Origin: Seison nebaliae
Taxonomy: Eukaryota
Direction of reading: 5' to 3'
NCBI GenBank assembly: GCA_023231475.1
Contig: JALJEE010001175.1
Coordinates: forward strand, 1 to 64,000
DNA length: 64,000 nucleotides
The translations under genes and the position numbers were made by a program. The notes beneath the pieces are model-generated. The model was given only the letters and a program-made list of their open reading frames with translations, was not told where the DNA came from and made no database searches. Positions 1 to 12,530 of the stretch are shown piece by piece (the first letter of the stretch is position 1; each line of letters starts with the position of its first letter).

Positions 1-895
1 TTATCTATAAATATTTGGTGAAATCTATGAACTATAAGAATAGATGGAAACAATGCTTCATCTATTTTTATTGTTAGTGGTTCATCGATATTTGGAGTTT
101 AGGAAGAACATTCTACAGGAAGAAATTAGAAATTTAGGAAAGACATGTATAAACCAACAATAATAATGTAACGAATAATAGCTATAATTTACATCGTTCG
201 GATTTGATCTAAATAAAGAAATAAAATTAAACACAACCTAATTTACTTACAAATAAAATATTAATAAAATATTACAGGATAATAAGGTTTTATTACGCTA
301 TGAGAACAGTTTAAATATTATTTGTTCTCGGTCTTCACGAAGGAAACCGTCACATTACATTTTGCCAACATGCATGGGGTGAGTAAAAATGAGCAAGGGA
401 TGAGTAAAAATGTATGGAGCTACAAACTCCATAATTCCCTGCCAAATTTATTTATTTACATTCCGAAATAATTACCAGCAATCGTATAAGTTTCGATAAA
501 CTGTTTTATTTAGCTAACAGCTAACAATAAATTTCCATATCTATAAGTATGAAACATACTATTATGGTGATACTATTATATTATCTTGTTAGATTGTATG
601 TTAGTTCACTTTAGGCAAAGTTCTGGAAATTAAGTAATTAATGTTCAAAACAATTCGACTCTAAAAGCAAAATATTTCTAATAAGTCTGACTTAGAGTCT
701 AAGGTGGCTTTCGAAAACAAAATGGTTTCTCAATTTCAATTATATGATTAACTGATGAACTAAGAAAGTTCAGAATGATTAGATTAGTAATTGTAAGGCA
801 GCCTTGTTTTTCATCTATAATATAGATATGTCTATATACATGAGACGAACATGATAATTTCCCTTTATAACTGTAAAATTTTTCTTTAATATTGT

Positions 896-2272
896 TTATC
901 CTCTCTCAATTAAAAATCCTGCTGTCTTTTCGAATCTAAGCATGTTGCTAAAACTTTTGATGTCGTCAATCTTAATTGAAAATTGATCATTCATTAATTT
1001 CCATTGATTATTTTGTTGAATTAAACCGATTGCATGAATTTCACTCGCTTTGTCTCCTTTATAAGCGTTAACCAGATGGTATACTACCATTAGTTTACCA
1101 CGAATATAGTCCAGAGCATTATTCCAAAAATTATAGGCGTCAACTTCTTCATTTTTTATCAAACTTAATATTTCAGTTAAAATAACATCAACAAATGTAA
1201 GATTTTTTTCAGATGGTTGCTTTTGTTGTAAGCTTATCATATTGAACATAAATATGTGTTCAGCCTCAAGCGTAATGGATATTCCTGTTAAAATGTATTC
1301 AATATTTTCCCCACCGAGGGGTAACTCCACAGTAAAATTCTCGTTACTAAATAGTTGTGGAACAGTGTGATGTTTACGGACTAGAATTATAGGAAAGTCT
1401 TTCTCTACTATATCCCGACTAGAATTGGACAAGTGATAAGATTCGATTAAGCTTGTAACCATAGTGTTTATTGTTATCGGATGAAGACTGAATTGCGCTG
1501 AATCGGAAATGCTCATCAGTAAAACATCTGGGTATTTCGTTAGAAGGGACAAATCTTCTCTCAAATTATTCATAACTACATGTCCAACTATATTATGATA
1601 ATTTTTAAAAAATGGTTTAACATTATCGAATTGGTTTCCCGGAAGATTCCCAATTTTGAATTCTATGCTTAACATATTAATTTCCAAGTAATAGAATAAA
1701 TTATAATTCCCAGTTTGTCTTACCTTAATTTGATTAGGGTCTAAATCGAATACATCAGGTAGAATTGCGTGCCATCGTAATGCATCCCTTACAGAGCATT
1801 CTTTATTCATTCGGATTAATCGTTCAAACTTTTCTGCCGATTGTTCATTTGGTTTAGTTTGCAAATCTTGGTTATAGTAATATGTTTTAAATAAATGATA
1901 ATCTCCACAAACACCATAATCTGACGCGTATGGAAGATTATTGGCTACCATTTGTATTCCTGTACGTATAATATCACCCACGGTCTCTTTACTAGTATCT
2001 ATTCGTTCAGGTATCGATTTATGAACACATCTGTATATATTTTTCATAAAACTACAAAGATCTAAAGCTTTACATTTTTGTTTTTCTTCTATATGTTTCA
2101 TTAATATCGTACTAGAAGTAATCATGGAAATTATAACATTCGTTAAGCATACGCCAATAAGATTACTGTTATATATTCCAACCAATGCTTTATCTGACGC
2201 TTCAAACAAGTCATTCAAGTTATCCCATTTCTCTTCAAATGGAGCGAAAGGAAAACTTTCATTCAAATTCAT
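896..2272 (-). CDS. Divergent USP/peptidase C19-like cysteine protease, family member 1 (intronless)
   Basis: Cys-box-like GIYNSNLIGVCLTN and His-box-like HAIGLIQQNNQWKLMND; full-length similarity to three paralogs in the window. Confidence 0.7.
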   Translation of the reverse strand: MNLNESFPFAPFEEKWDNLNDLFEASDKALVGIYNSNLIGVCLTNVIISMITSSTILMKHIEEKQKCKALDLCSFMKNIYRCVHKSIPERIDTSKETVGDIIRTGIQMVANNLPYASDYGVCGDYHLFKTYYYNQDLQTKPNEQSAEKFERLIRMNKECSVRDALRWHAILPDVFDLDPNQIKVRQTGNYNLFYYLEINMLSIEFKIGNLPGNQFDNVKPFFKNYHNIVGHVVMNNLREDLSLLTKYPDVLLMSISDSAQFSLHPITINTMVTSLIESYHLSNSSRDIVEKDFPIILVRKHHTVPQLFSNENFTVELPLGGENIEYILTGISITLEAEHIFMFNMISLQQKQPSEKNLTFVDVILTEILSLIKNEEVDAYNFWNNALDYIRGKLMVVYHLVNAYKGDKASEIHAIGLIQQNNQWKLMNDQFSIKIDDIKSFSNMLRFEKTAGFLIERG

Positions 2273-2406
2273 GTTTTAACAAGACATGGAAATCAAACCA
2301 AAATTAAATTGAAACTAACTCAATATCCAGAATAAATTTTAGTAAGATCTTTTAATTAAGCCACCAAAAATTTCTATTATAAAATATGTATATTTCGTGT
2401 ATATTT

Positions 2407-3374
2407 GGGTGAATTCGTCGCCCGTTTATAAAAATATTTTTATACACTAATCGATTAGAACCCATGTACAAGCCCACATGTGGACATGATCACTATAGAA
2501 GGGAAGGAATATATTAGTTAAAATCTTATCGAAAAATTTTGATTTGGAACTTTTTTTCAGGTACTTTTGAATGTAGTCATGAATGCAATGATTGCATTAC
2601 AAAAGGAAGTTAATACCATGGAAAAGAAGCAAAAAATGGCTAATAACAAAATTTATTATTAGACTTATTAATAATTCTTATCGGATATTTTCTATTAATA
2701 ATAATATCAATTATTGTTCTCAATTATAGAAGCAGAAGAATGCTTCTTTGTTAGATGATGAAGTTGTCACTAATTCAATAAATGGAAAGTCACGACTAGT
2801 GGGAAGTGATTTTACAAGATACATTTTATTAATTAACATAAATTCCATTAACTTTTTAAGATACTTCGATTGGTTCAAAAAAAAACGATGTTTAAATAAA
2901 ACATTTAAGAAAAGAAAATTAATTTTAGAAGAAAAATCCTTGTATGATGGTTCGTTTAGTAATTCACCTAAAAGCCATTTAGGTGATATGTTCAATAGCT
3001 TTGGTTAAAATATTTCACGTTTATTAAGTAAATATGTATTCTTTATGCATAATTAATATGTATATTAATCCCTACCTTTCGTGAGACGTCTGTTTCAATC
3101 GTTGTGACGTTGAGAACGTGCATAGACCACTACACGCCCCAATATAATTTCCGTATCGAATGCAGGGTACATTATTTCGCATAAATGCGTGGAATGTGCG
3201 TAGACCACTACGTTTCACACGCTCCAATTCATAAATTGGTGACGAATTCACCGATTAACAAAAAATATGCAAAATTTAACGTTAAATTTTTTCCTGGGTG
3301 ACGAAATCACCGAAATACTCTAAACATTTTATTTATTTACTTTATTTGGATGAAAAAGGATGACGAAACCACCG
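2407..3374. repeat. GGTGACGAA(T/A)TCACCG-type motifs in inverted arrangement; probable MITE subterminal repeats
   Basis: Copies near 3238, 3296 and 3361, with a reverse-complement copy at 2407 (gggtgaattcgtcgccc). Confidence 0.4.
3083..3225. repeat. Dispersed double-hairpin repeat, copy 1 (degenerate)
   Basis: Aligns by eye with 32164-32310 and 34443-34548. Confidence 0.8.
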
Positions 3375-3522
3375 ATTTTCACCTCATCGTTTCGATTTCT
3401 CAAGCATCGATATTTCTAGCCAAATTCCTTTATATAAGATTTTTTTCAGTTTATTCGAACTTAGTTAGTTTCTGTTTTTTGTTTGTTAATATTTCATTTA
3501 AGAACAAAGGCTTCATTTCAAG

Positions 3523-4935
3523 ATGGATTTGGACCCTGATTTTTCTACATTTCTTTTTTTTGCTAAATGGGACACATTAAATGGGTTATTTGAGAAATCG
3601 GATAAAACAGTAATTGGAGTGTATAATAGCGATGAACTGGGTATTTGTATGACCAATGTTATAATTGGAATGATTACATCTAGCACAATATTAATGAAGA
3701 AAATAGAAGAAAAACAAACATGCAAATCATTTAATCTTTGTTATTTTATGGAAAATATATATCGATGTCTTCTCAAACCCAGACCCGGCTTTATTAATAA
3801 TAGGAATGGAACGGCGGGTAACGTTCTTTGTACAGGACTATTAACTGTTGCTAAAAATGTTGCATATAAATCGAATTTCGGTGTTGTTGGAGATTATCTT
3901 CTAGCGAAAACATGTGTGACTAATAAAAATATCAAGGCATTTAAAACTAGAAAGAAAGAAAGTGTTATATCGAAATGTGAACGGTTAATTAGAAGCAGTA
4001 AAGTGAATGCTAACAGAGAAATAACTAGATGGCATGTAATATTAAATGACTTATTTGAATTAAAGGAAAAATCATTAAAAAACCATTATTATAAATTAAG
4101 TTATTATCCAGAAATTAACATGATGAATATTGAATTCAAAATTACTGCTCTTCCAAGATATGAATTCGATACACCTCGACCATTTTTACCCGATTATCAA
4201 CAAATAGTAGGAAAAGAAATAACGGCTGAATTGAAACGCGGAACATCATTCTTACATTATGATCCCGATGTCATTTTTATGAGTCTTAGCGAATCTTTAA
4301 TATATGAGATTCATCCCGTTACTTTAGAATATATGGCAACAAGTTTAATTGACTCGTTTTACAAGAAAGGATGCTGTAAACGATTTGTATTAGGAAACTT
4401 CCCTGTAGTCGTGAAACGGCAATATTATACTGTTCCAAGTTTAAAGAATAATGAAAATCTTATAATAGAACTACCTTTCCACAAAAAGAATGCATTTTAT
4501 CAAATCAAAGCAATATCTATAGCTCTGGATGATGAAGATTTAGTAATGTTTAACAACTTAAAAGATACGCCTGGATTTGTTGTTAAAACTAACAGTCGGT
4601 GTACCGACATCTTCTTCTCGAAAGTAATGGAAGATGTTAGAACTTCAGATCGAAAAGTATTCAATTATTTACGAAAGAATAGCCACTATGTTCTGGACGC
4701 ACTTAGAGTAATCTGTGAATGGTTAGATGCATCTGCTTTATCTCAATTAGGTAATGCTTCAACATTAGTTCATACATTCTCCTTAATTCAACGGATGAAT
4801 CAATGGATCTTGTTTAACGATCAATATTCTTTGAAAATCGACGATATTGAACAATTAACCGATGTATTAAAGTTAGAGAAAGCTACTGGTTACCTAATGG
4901 AGAGGGAAATAGTTAATAGACGGAATACTATTTAG
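3523..4935 (+). CDS. Divergent USP/C19-like protease, member 2 (intronless)
   Basis: GVYNSDELGICMTN ... HTFSLIQRMNQWILFND. Confidence 0.7.
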   Translation: MDLDPDFSTFLFFAKWDTLNGLFEKSDKTVIGVYNSDELGICMTNVIIGMITSSTILMKKIEEKQTCKSFNLCYFMENIYRCLLKPRPGFINNRNGTAGNVLCTGLLTVAKNVAYKSNFGVVGDYLLAKTCVTNKNIKAFKTRKKESVISKCERLIRSSKVNANREITRWHVILNDLFELKEKSLKNHYYKLSYYPEINMMNIEFKITALPRYEFDTPRPFLPDYQQIVGKEITAELKRGTSFLHYDPDVIFMSLSESLIYEIHPVTLEYMATSLIDSFYKKGCCKRFVLGNFPVVVKRQYYTVPSLKNNENLIIELPFHKKNAFYQIKAISIALDDEDLVMFNNLKDTPGFVVKTNSRCTDIFFSKVMEDVRTSDRKVFNYLRKNSHYVLDALRVICEWLDASALSQLGNASTLVHTFSLIQRMNQWILFNDQYSLKIDDIEQLTDVLKLEKATGYLMEREIVNRRNTI

Positions 4936-6779
4936 ACCCCATAAATTCCAATTGGATATTAATTACAAATTGAAAGAAGTTTCCGTTACAATTAATTATT
5001 AAAACAATTTTAATGAAGATTTTAAATTAATTTTCTCTCAATTTGTAAAGAAATATTAAACTTCTAACGTTCATTTTAATGATGTTTATTCATCCTATTG
5101 TAAATGTCTAAAGACAGATTTACTGGAATCTGGGACAATGTGGGAATCTCAGACAAAACGACAAACATAAATCTAAAGTTGAAAATGGCAATTTTTTATA
5201 ATATTATTATTTATTAGTCACAAATAGGAAGGTAAATTCCTTAACTAATAAGTTATTTAAAAAATCTCGTTTAAGAAAATGCATAGACCAGAATAGTCAT
5301 TCTGATCAGGCATATTTCTGGCCTGGGATGGATGAGGAAAAATATTTGATCACTCTAAATAATGAACTAGTCCGCTTCTATGGAGATTTTCAATAATTTT
5401 TTATACATCTTATAATGAGAACAAATTGAATTTTTTTTAGTGAAATAAGCTTAGTCAATCAGCATCATAACCAAAAATTTTTTAAAATGGCTGCAACTTT
5501 TTTCTTATTTAAAATTTGATAAAAATGAATGGATATTATGAAAGTATGTATTTTTTTAAACCTATTGTACTATTTTAAAAGAAATCTACAGATTGGGAAA
5601 ATGATTTAGGCTTACGACGAAGTGTCTCATTTAGCCCCAATGTTTCATTTTGCCCCACAAGACGGTATAGGATGTGGAGATTGTACCGAATAAGATTAAT
5701 ATTTGTAGAATTAAAGCGATAAAAAGAAGTACCCAACAGGGGAGAGAGAAACTACAAAATTAATGGAAGGTGGAGAGAAGCGAAGGGTCTGAATCCCTGA
5801 AACGAACTCAGGAACAAGAAAACGGGGAGAAATGGAAGCCAAGTTCAAACCGTGAAACGGAACAGACAAACGAAGATGAAATTGAACTAAGATTCCTTTC
5901 TCGCGAATGCAACCACCAAGGAAGATTAAAAATAGAACGAAAATGACTCATTGAATTAATCGAATTAAACGAGACAAAAACATGTGAGAAAAGTGGACAG
6001 TAACGTAGGAAAAAGGGGAATGGGCGAATTTAAAAGGAGAGGCTATAATAGTTTTTTGGAGAAATTACCTGTTGAGAAGATACTTACCTTACTCGTTCCA
6101 ATCGCCATTATTTCCTGCATTTTTGAACAGTAGAGATGAAAATTTGACAAGGGAAAATTGAAAATTGTTAAATTTTAAAACTAGATTTAATTTTATTCTA
6201 GAAAGTAAGAAATAATGTAAGTACAATGATAATGAAATATACTTGAAACCCAAATTAACATAATAAATTTTTTTCTCTCAATGTTCCTCCTCATTACTGC
6301 AGGTATAAGAAATAAATTTCATCAGAGGTAAATTGTTCTTAAATCAAACTTTGAAAAATATCTATTATTCAATATTGGAATACCATCATGATGGCTCTTC
6401 GGTTGCACTGGTAGCGCTAACATCAGAAGCTTCTGTGTTTGCCGAAATTTCACTTACGTCCGAAGCATTACTTGCAGCCGATTCATCAGTGGTTTTTTCT
6501 TCCTTTTTCTTATCCATTTAGCAAATAGTGATGTTGGAAAGAAAACAAATAAAATCCAAATGAAAAATTAAAACTCCGAATAACTAAGTTAATATGCTCA
6601 AAAACTAGCCTATTATACGTTTTTCGATTTCTGATTTAACTTTCATAATTTTATTTAAAAGTTTATTGACTTTATTATAATTTAATTCTTCTTCAACCAT
6701 AGTTCAATAAGAAGTATCTCTGCCCATTCAAATAAAAATATACAAATATAAGCAGTAGGAATAAAAAATACATAACAGA

Positions 6780-7073
6780 ATGATAAAATTTTCACTCCGT
6801 GATAAATTTAACAATTCTGACTCACTCTCTATTCATCCTTCCGACATCCATCACACCCATTCCGTCTTCACATACACTGTCAGATACTACGGGTTATCTC
6901 CAAACATTTCTCTAACCAATTTTAAAAATTTTATCTCAACATACGATTCCACCTCAACTCTACCTATCAACCGCGATTCCCTCGATCAAATACGCCTTTT
7001 TATTGACACAGAGGATGACAGCAATTTTTTTCTCTTTTTTCATGTTAATCCCGACGGGAATTTTAATCCATAA
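6780..7073 (+). other. Small ORF or remnant homologous to 14564-14899; probably transposon-borne
   Basis: SVFTYTVRYYGLS...DSL matches SVFSHTVRYYGLS...DSL. Confidence 0.5.
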
Positions 7074-7727
7074 ATAAATAAAATTGTACATTTATTAGAT
7101 AAAGTTTTAACTCGTTGTGAATGAAATATACTATGAAATTTATATCGTTCATTTGGTACGCGAGTTGCCCATGTATTAACCCATAAGGGAACGTGCTTTA
7201 AGCACTAATTGACCTTTTTTAAATAAATTTTTTTTAAAAACTTAAAATTTTGTGGGATTTTATTCCTGATCAGGATTCCGCTTTACATACATTTTGATAG
7301 GATTTAAAATTTTGTGGAGTAGTATATTTTCGGTTGGATTTGGGACCAATCGACTCCAAATAATGTGTGGAATCGATTCTAACTCTTACTTTAGTCAGAT
7401 TCGTTCATTTTACTATCTTCGAATCATACTCCTTCATGTCTCTCAAAATGTATAGGAGAATCGAGTCTTATTATACTCAAATCACGAATCACTTGCACAG
7501 CCCCAATTTGAATCATTCTTTAAACAGTGATTATTAAAGCATTGTAATTACACTACAATTGCAAGATTGACAAATAGTATATAATATACTTTATGGAAAA
7601 GTCGATTATTAACTTTTTGTGTTTCATTTTTTGTTTGTTCGTTCTAAGAACCAGGTAGATCTTTTTTCTAGTTCTGCTTTGGGCAATACGTTGAAAATTT
7701 AGTGTTAGCTAGCAGTATTAGTTCAGC

Positions 7728-9110
7728 ATGGATTTAGATCCGAATTTCCATAGTTTATTCTATAAAGAGAAATGGGATTTATTAAATGGATTATTTGAAA
7801 AATCAGATCAAACTATAATCGGAATTTACAACGACCCTTTTATTGGAGTATGTTTGACCAATATCATACTTTCCATGATTACTTCCAGTCCCACATTGAT
7901 GAAACATGTAGCAGAGAAGCAAAAATGTAAACCTTTCGATCTTTGTAACTATATGAAACATATGTATGACTGTCTCAGGACACCTGTGCCAGGTCCGATG
8001 GGTAAATTAAATGATACTATAGGAGATGTGTTACGTACTAGCATCTTGACATTGGCTAAAAATGTGCCATATGCTTCTAAATTTGGTTTGACTGGAGACT
8101 ATTTACTAGTAAAAGCATGTGCTAATTCGAAAAATTTACGAATGATTACTTACGAACGGTTTAAGCCAAAATGTGAACGATTATTGAAGAATGCAAAAGT
8201 AAATGATGGAAGAGATCGGGTAAGGTGGGATTTAATATTGGACGATATGTTCGATGTGAGTCCGTCAACAATTCGTTATCATGGACAAACGTTCGTTTAC
8301 ACATTTCGTCCAAATATTGAAATGTTAAACTTGGAATTTGCGATTTACCCTTTTCCTAAAAACCAGTTTTATACACCGAAACCGTTCATTCCTAATTATG
8401 AAAAATATCTCTTTCCGGCCACAATGAAAGTTTTAGAAGGTAATTTAGCGAAACTTGCCAAACGTCCCACTGTGGTTCAAATGAGTGTAACTGAATCTGG
8501 CGTATTTGAAGTCCATCCAAAAATCATTGAAGATCTTGGAAATGCTGCAATAAACGCATTTCATGCATCTTGTTGTTGTTGGTATAATATTCGCAATTTC
8601 CCAGTTGTTCTTCGACGCCAACATCATACGATACCACAGTTGAAGAATAATGAGGTGCTCAGAGTAGCGTTGCCATTTGGTGAAGAAAAGGTAATTTATG
8701 AAGTGAAAGCAATCTCTATCGCGTTAGATGAAGAATTTGTGATGATGTTCGATCAGTTAATACCATATAAATTTATGCCTCATCAGAAAAATCCTGAATG
8801 TGTTAATGCTTATCTACCTCAAATTATGGATTTCATAATGAAACAATCCACTCGAGTTTACAATTATTTGAAAAAGAAGAAGTATTTCATCCGAGAGAAA
8901 CTAGAAGTAATTTGTGAGTGGGTACAATCATATGCTCTCCATCGTTTCCAGATGCAACCTAAGGGTATTCATGTCGTGGCCTTAATTCAACATCATCATC
9001 AATGGCTTTTGATGAATGACGATTATTCAGTCAAAGTGGATGATATCGGAACTTTTACGGAATTATTAAAGTTGGAAAAATTTAAAGGTGTGTTAATGGA
9101 AAAGGAATAA
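7728..9110 (+). CDS. Divergent USP/C19-like protease, member 3 (intronless)
   Basis: GIYNDPFIGVCLTN ... HVVALIQHHHQWLLMND. Confidence 0.7.
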   Translation: MDLDPNFHSLFYKEKWDLLNGLFEKSDQTIIGIYNDPFIGVCLTNIILSMITSSPTLMKHVAEKQKCKPFDLCNYMKHMYDCLRTPVPGPMGKLNDTIGDVLRTSILTLAKNVPYASKFGLTGDYLLVKACANSKNLRMITYERFKPKCERLLKNAKVNDGRDRVRWDLILDDMFDVSPSTIRYHGQTFVYTFRPNIEMLNLEFAIYPFPKNQFYTPKPFIPNYEKYLFPATMKVLEGNLAKLAKRPTVVQMSVTESGVFEVHPKIIEDLGNAAINAFHASCCCWYNIRNFPVVLRRQHHTIPQLKNNEVLRVALPFGEEKVIYEVKAISIALDEEFVMMFDQLIPYKFMPHQKNPECVNAYLPQIMDFIMKQSTRVYNYLKKKKYFIREKLEVICEWVQSYALHRFQMQPKGIHVVALIQHHHQWLLMNDDYSVKVDDIGTFTELLKLEKFKGVLMEKE

Positions 9111-9181
9111 ATTCGGAAATGTAGGAAAATATTACATGTCTTGTCGTTTTTTTGTTCAAAAATTAATTTCATAATTTAATT

Positions 9182-9639
9182 TCAAGTAAAAATAAATATT
9201 AATGTTATTATTATTAGTATAACCAATCCGCCAATGACGTACCATTGACGACGATCTGTTTTAGTAAATTGAATACACAAAAATTTTTTTTAGGAGAAAT
9301 ATATTGACCTGAACTGATTCTTGTCAATTTTGATAATTTCCTTAAATTCGTTTCCAATTTCGTTTCAGTTTCGCCCATGTCATTACTGAAACTTTGGAGA
9401 TTTCTAGTGAATGCATTAGAAGAAGAATGGAACTTTTGAAGAATAATTAGAACTCAGCTTGATCGTCCAATTCATTTCCGATTAATTCGGATTTATTCTT
9501 TAGACTTGCAACCGTCGTTCCAAGTTGTTCCAATTGTAAGTCTTGTTCATGGACAAGATTCTTTTGAGTTCAAATTAAAAACATAATGGGAATAAATAAA
9601 TCTCACCTCTTGTTTAGCCAACAGACGATATTCTCCCAT
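9182..9639 (-). CDS. STX6: Syntaxin-6-like Qc-SNARE, 102 aa, 4 exons; absent from the ORF track
   Basis: Removing introns 9561-9606, 9404-9453 and 9256-9308 gives MGEYRLLAKQENLVHEQDLQLEQLGTTVASLKNKSELIGNELDDQAENL...SSDRRQWYVIGGLVILIIITLIFIFT*, a SNARE motif plus C-terminal TM. Confidence 0.75.
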
Positions 9640-9823
9640 TATTCTACCAAATTAAATTATTCATAAAAACTTAAAAATAGAACGGAAATTATTGAATTTA
9701 AAAGGCTACTCTTTCAAGTTAATCCAATTTACACAACAATTAGAAATTCATTGTTTTACCATGTTTCACGAGTTGACAATAAAATAATGAGTAAAAGATT
9801 TGTAATCGATAAAGAAGATCAGA

Positions 9824-10429
9824 ATGACGATAACGATAGATGAAAATAGATTAGAGAAAGAATTCAATCAAATTGATTCGATGAATGTGGAGGATCAAGA
9901 TGATCGACCACCACCAAAAGTCTGTTTATTGTGTACGAAAGAATTTCCGAAACCGGAGCAAAGTATTATCCATTTTGCACAATCAAAACATCGACAGAAA
10001 GTTTTCAAAGTTATGAGACATAGTCAGTTGTCCGTTCATCATGATGCTGCCATGAAAGAATTAGAGGAAGCGATGAGGAAGAAAGAAGAGGAAGATGAAA
10101 GAGAACGAGAAATGATAGAAAAAGGCGAAGTCGATGAGATAGTGGAAGAGAAGGAAACGGAAGAAATAATTTTAAGTGATGAAGAACAAAGAATCAAATC
10201 TGAGATTCATGATTATCGTGTCAATTATATGTTCTGGTGTTCCATATGTAATCAAGGTGTCAATAGTGAAAGAATGTTGGTGACACACAAACAATCACCA
10301 AAGCATAAAACTGCTGAAACGGTTTATAACAAATATGCTGATCTTATAAAGAAGCCATATGGAGAAATGAGTGAGGAAGACAGGAAAAAATTATTCTATG
10401 AGAAATATATACCTCCTAAAGAAGATTAA
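9824..10429 (+). CDS. Protein with two U1/matrin-type C2H2 zinc fingers and an acidic linker
   Basis: CLLC...HFAQSKH and CSIC...HKQSPKH. Confidence 0.75.
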   Translation: MTITIDENRLEKEFNQIDSMNVEDQDDRPPPKVCLLCTKEFPKPEQSIIHFAQSKHRQKVFKVMRHSQLSVHHDAAMKELEEAMRKKEEEDEREREMIEKGEVDEIVEEKETEEIILSDEEQRIKSEIHDYRVNYMFWCSICNQGVNSERMLVTHKQSPKHKTAETVYNKYADLIKKPYGEMSEEDRKKLFYEKYIPPKED

Positions 10430-10655
10430 TCTTATTATTCATATTTTTACTTTTCATTTATCAAATTTTCTTATTATTCATTTCTCAACGACAATAAATT
10501 TTCATTGTTAATCCAATATTGTCGTTTTCTCGTTTTATTTAAAATTCTATAAACCTCTTTCGCTCTTAAACTCATTTCAATATATTTGTATATTGTTCAA
10601 AATTAATGAAATGCATTTATAAATGGTGAGTATTTCAAAGATGAGTTGATTTGAA

Positions 10656-11459
10656 TTATCCATTTGGACCGATAACAGGATATTCATATTCATCTTCTTT
10701 GAATGAAGACGGAAATAAGATACTATTTTGGGGTATATCTCTTCCAGCGAATATTGCATTCAGTAGAGCAAATAACAGATAGAATACTCCGTAAACTATC
10801 ATTCCTCCAGCAAATATATATACCGCGTTTTTAATATATTTCTTATTATATTTCACTAGATGATCAAGTTCTGTTCGAACAACTTCAAAATAAGAAATTA
10901 AATAGGAGGAGAAAAAAATAAAACATTTATTCAATCGTTTTGTCCATTTATATAGTAAACGGATTCCCTCAATCACTTCTTTTATTACAACCAATGATGT
11001 TTTGAGAAAATGAATTATAACTAGGTTGAATTGACATATCGTATCTAATCGAAGATTATTCAAATGTTTCACTGAAAAAGAAAAATTTTTCAAAAGAACA
11101 AAATAATGTGATAATAACTTAATTCTATATTGTTTTCCTTGAATGCTTTCTCCTGATCAACATTATCATCATCTTCTTCGTTGTCGTCCTCTTTCTTAAC
11201 CATTTTCCACCTATCTTTTCCTGCATAATGTTTCTCTTTCGTTTTACATTCGGGTAATCGATATCTCTTAACATATCTTCGTTTCCTTCTAACTTTGGCG
11301 AGATCTTGCTTCTTCTCATGACTAGTTCTTTTTCTGTTAAAACATTAAATTTTGTCTTGTTCACAAAACATTTAACTTGCCACCTTTGGCTAGTTTATAA
11401 TAATACATTCGACTCCTAGTACATGGTTTTGTTTTATATTTATCTTTTTGTTTTGCCAT
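10656..11459 (-). CDS. Tail-anchored membrane protein B: basic N-terminus, TM, short tail; multi-exon
   Basis: ATG at 11459 (MAKQKDKYK); two GTT..AG introns restore the frame into ORF 10656-11093; hydrophobic segment then tail ...EDEYEYPVIGPNG*. Confidence 0.55.
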
Positions 11460-11534
11460 TTAAACATGGAAAACGGATCCAATTGAAAAAGCAAAATATT
11501 TTCATCTATCAAAAATTTATTTATTCGAATCAAA

Positions 11535-12530
11535 TTAAATTGGTGGATATTTTCTCGGATAATCATAATCGTCATTATTCAATGTTGGCGGTAATAATAA
11601 TGTGGCCCTTGCCAATAGTTTCTGTTTATAAACTCTTTGGAAAAACCAAATGCATATCAATCCAACAATCAAATAACATAATAAAATTCTCTTTCGTCGA
11701 TTGGAAATGGAAAAGATTCTTCGAAGTATTTCTTTAAAATGTTTTATCATACGTCTCAACCATTCCACTTAATGAAAGATAATTTTGACAATTTATAATA
11801 TTTGTCGATAAAAAACTGTAACGTGTCAGAAATCGATCAATTCCTCCACAACAATCATCTATGAAGTTTAAAGTTGGTCCAATTGAAATGATACTTGAGT
11901 CACTGGATCCAACTTCTTTCTCTTTCTCTTTCTTCTTTTTTTTCTTTTTCGGACATTTGGGACAATGATCATATTTTTGAAATTGTTCACAACGACGCTT
12001 TCCCAATTCTATTACCAAAAAATGTTAATATTAATATCTATTAAATTCATGTACTTTGATGATATTTTAAAAGATGATTATGATATTCAACAACTTCATC
12101 CCGTAATCTATTCAGTTCTCTATTACGACAAATTTGTCGGCACAAATTTTCATTCAACGGTTTTATTCGATGTTTCTGTCGATTTCCTCTTCTCCTCTTC
12201 CATTTATAAACTTTGTATGCTTGCTGATTCTTTTCTCTATTCTCTTCTCGATCAATTTCTTCAAAATTAAGTGTTCCGCAAACTGCTATTCTAATGATAA
12301 ACCTTCGTCATGTCGATGTTTTTTTGTCATTTGAATCGAAAATCGTATTTCACTTCACTTTGGATAATCGGTATAAATAATGAAACATTGGGATAGATTG
12401 AATGAAAATTTCATTGATAATGCAAAACTATTTGGTTTGTGTTGAAACCGAAATGGATTACGAACATAATTATTTAATTCAACTAAATGTTCTTGTTCTA
12501 TACCTAACAACTCACACTTTTCAGTTAATA
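11535..12530 (-). CDS. Tail-anchored membrane protein A, paralog-like to B; 5' end unresolved, may extend to ~13100
   Basis: Spliceable exons with K/R-rich segments, TM ILLCYLIVGLICIWFF and tail ...NDDYDYPRKYPPI*. Confidence 0.5.

Noticed and set aside
6080..6250. ATACTTACCT resembling the U1 snRNA 5' end
   Set aside because: No SL1 (GATCACGAAG) or SL2 (ATTGCAC) loops and no convincing U1 fold downstream
6386..6517. 43-aa acidic S/A/E-rich small ORF on the - strand
   Set aside because: Coding-like composition but too short, with no homology or splice support
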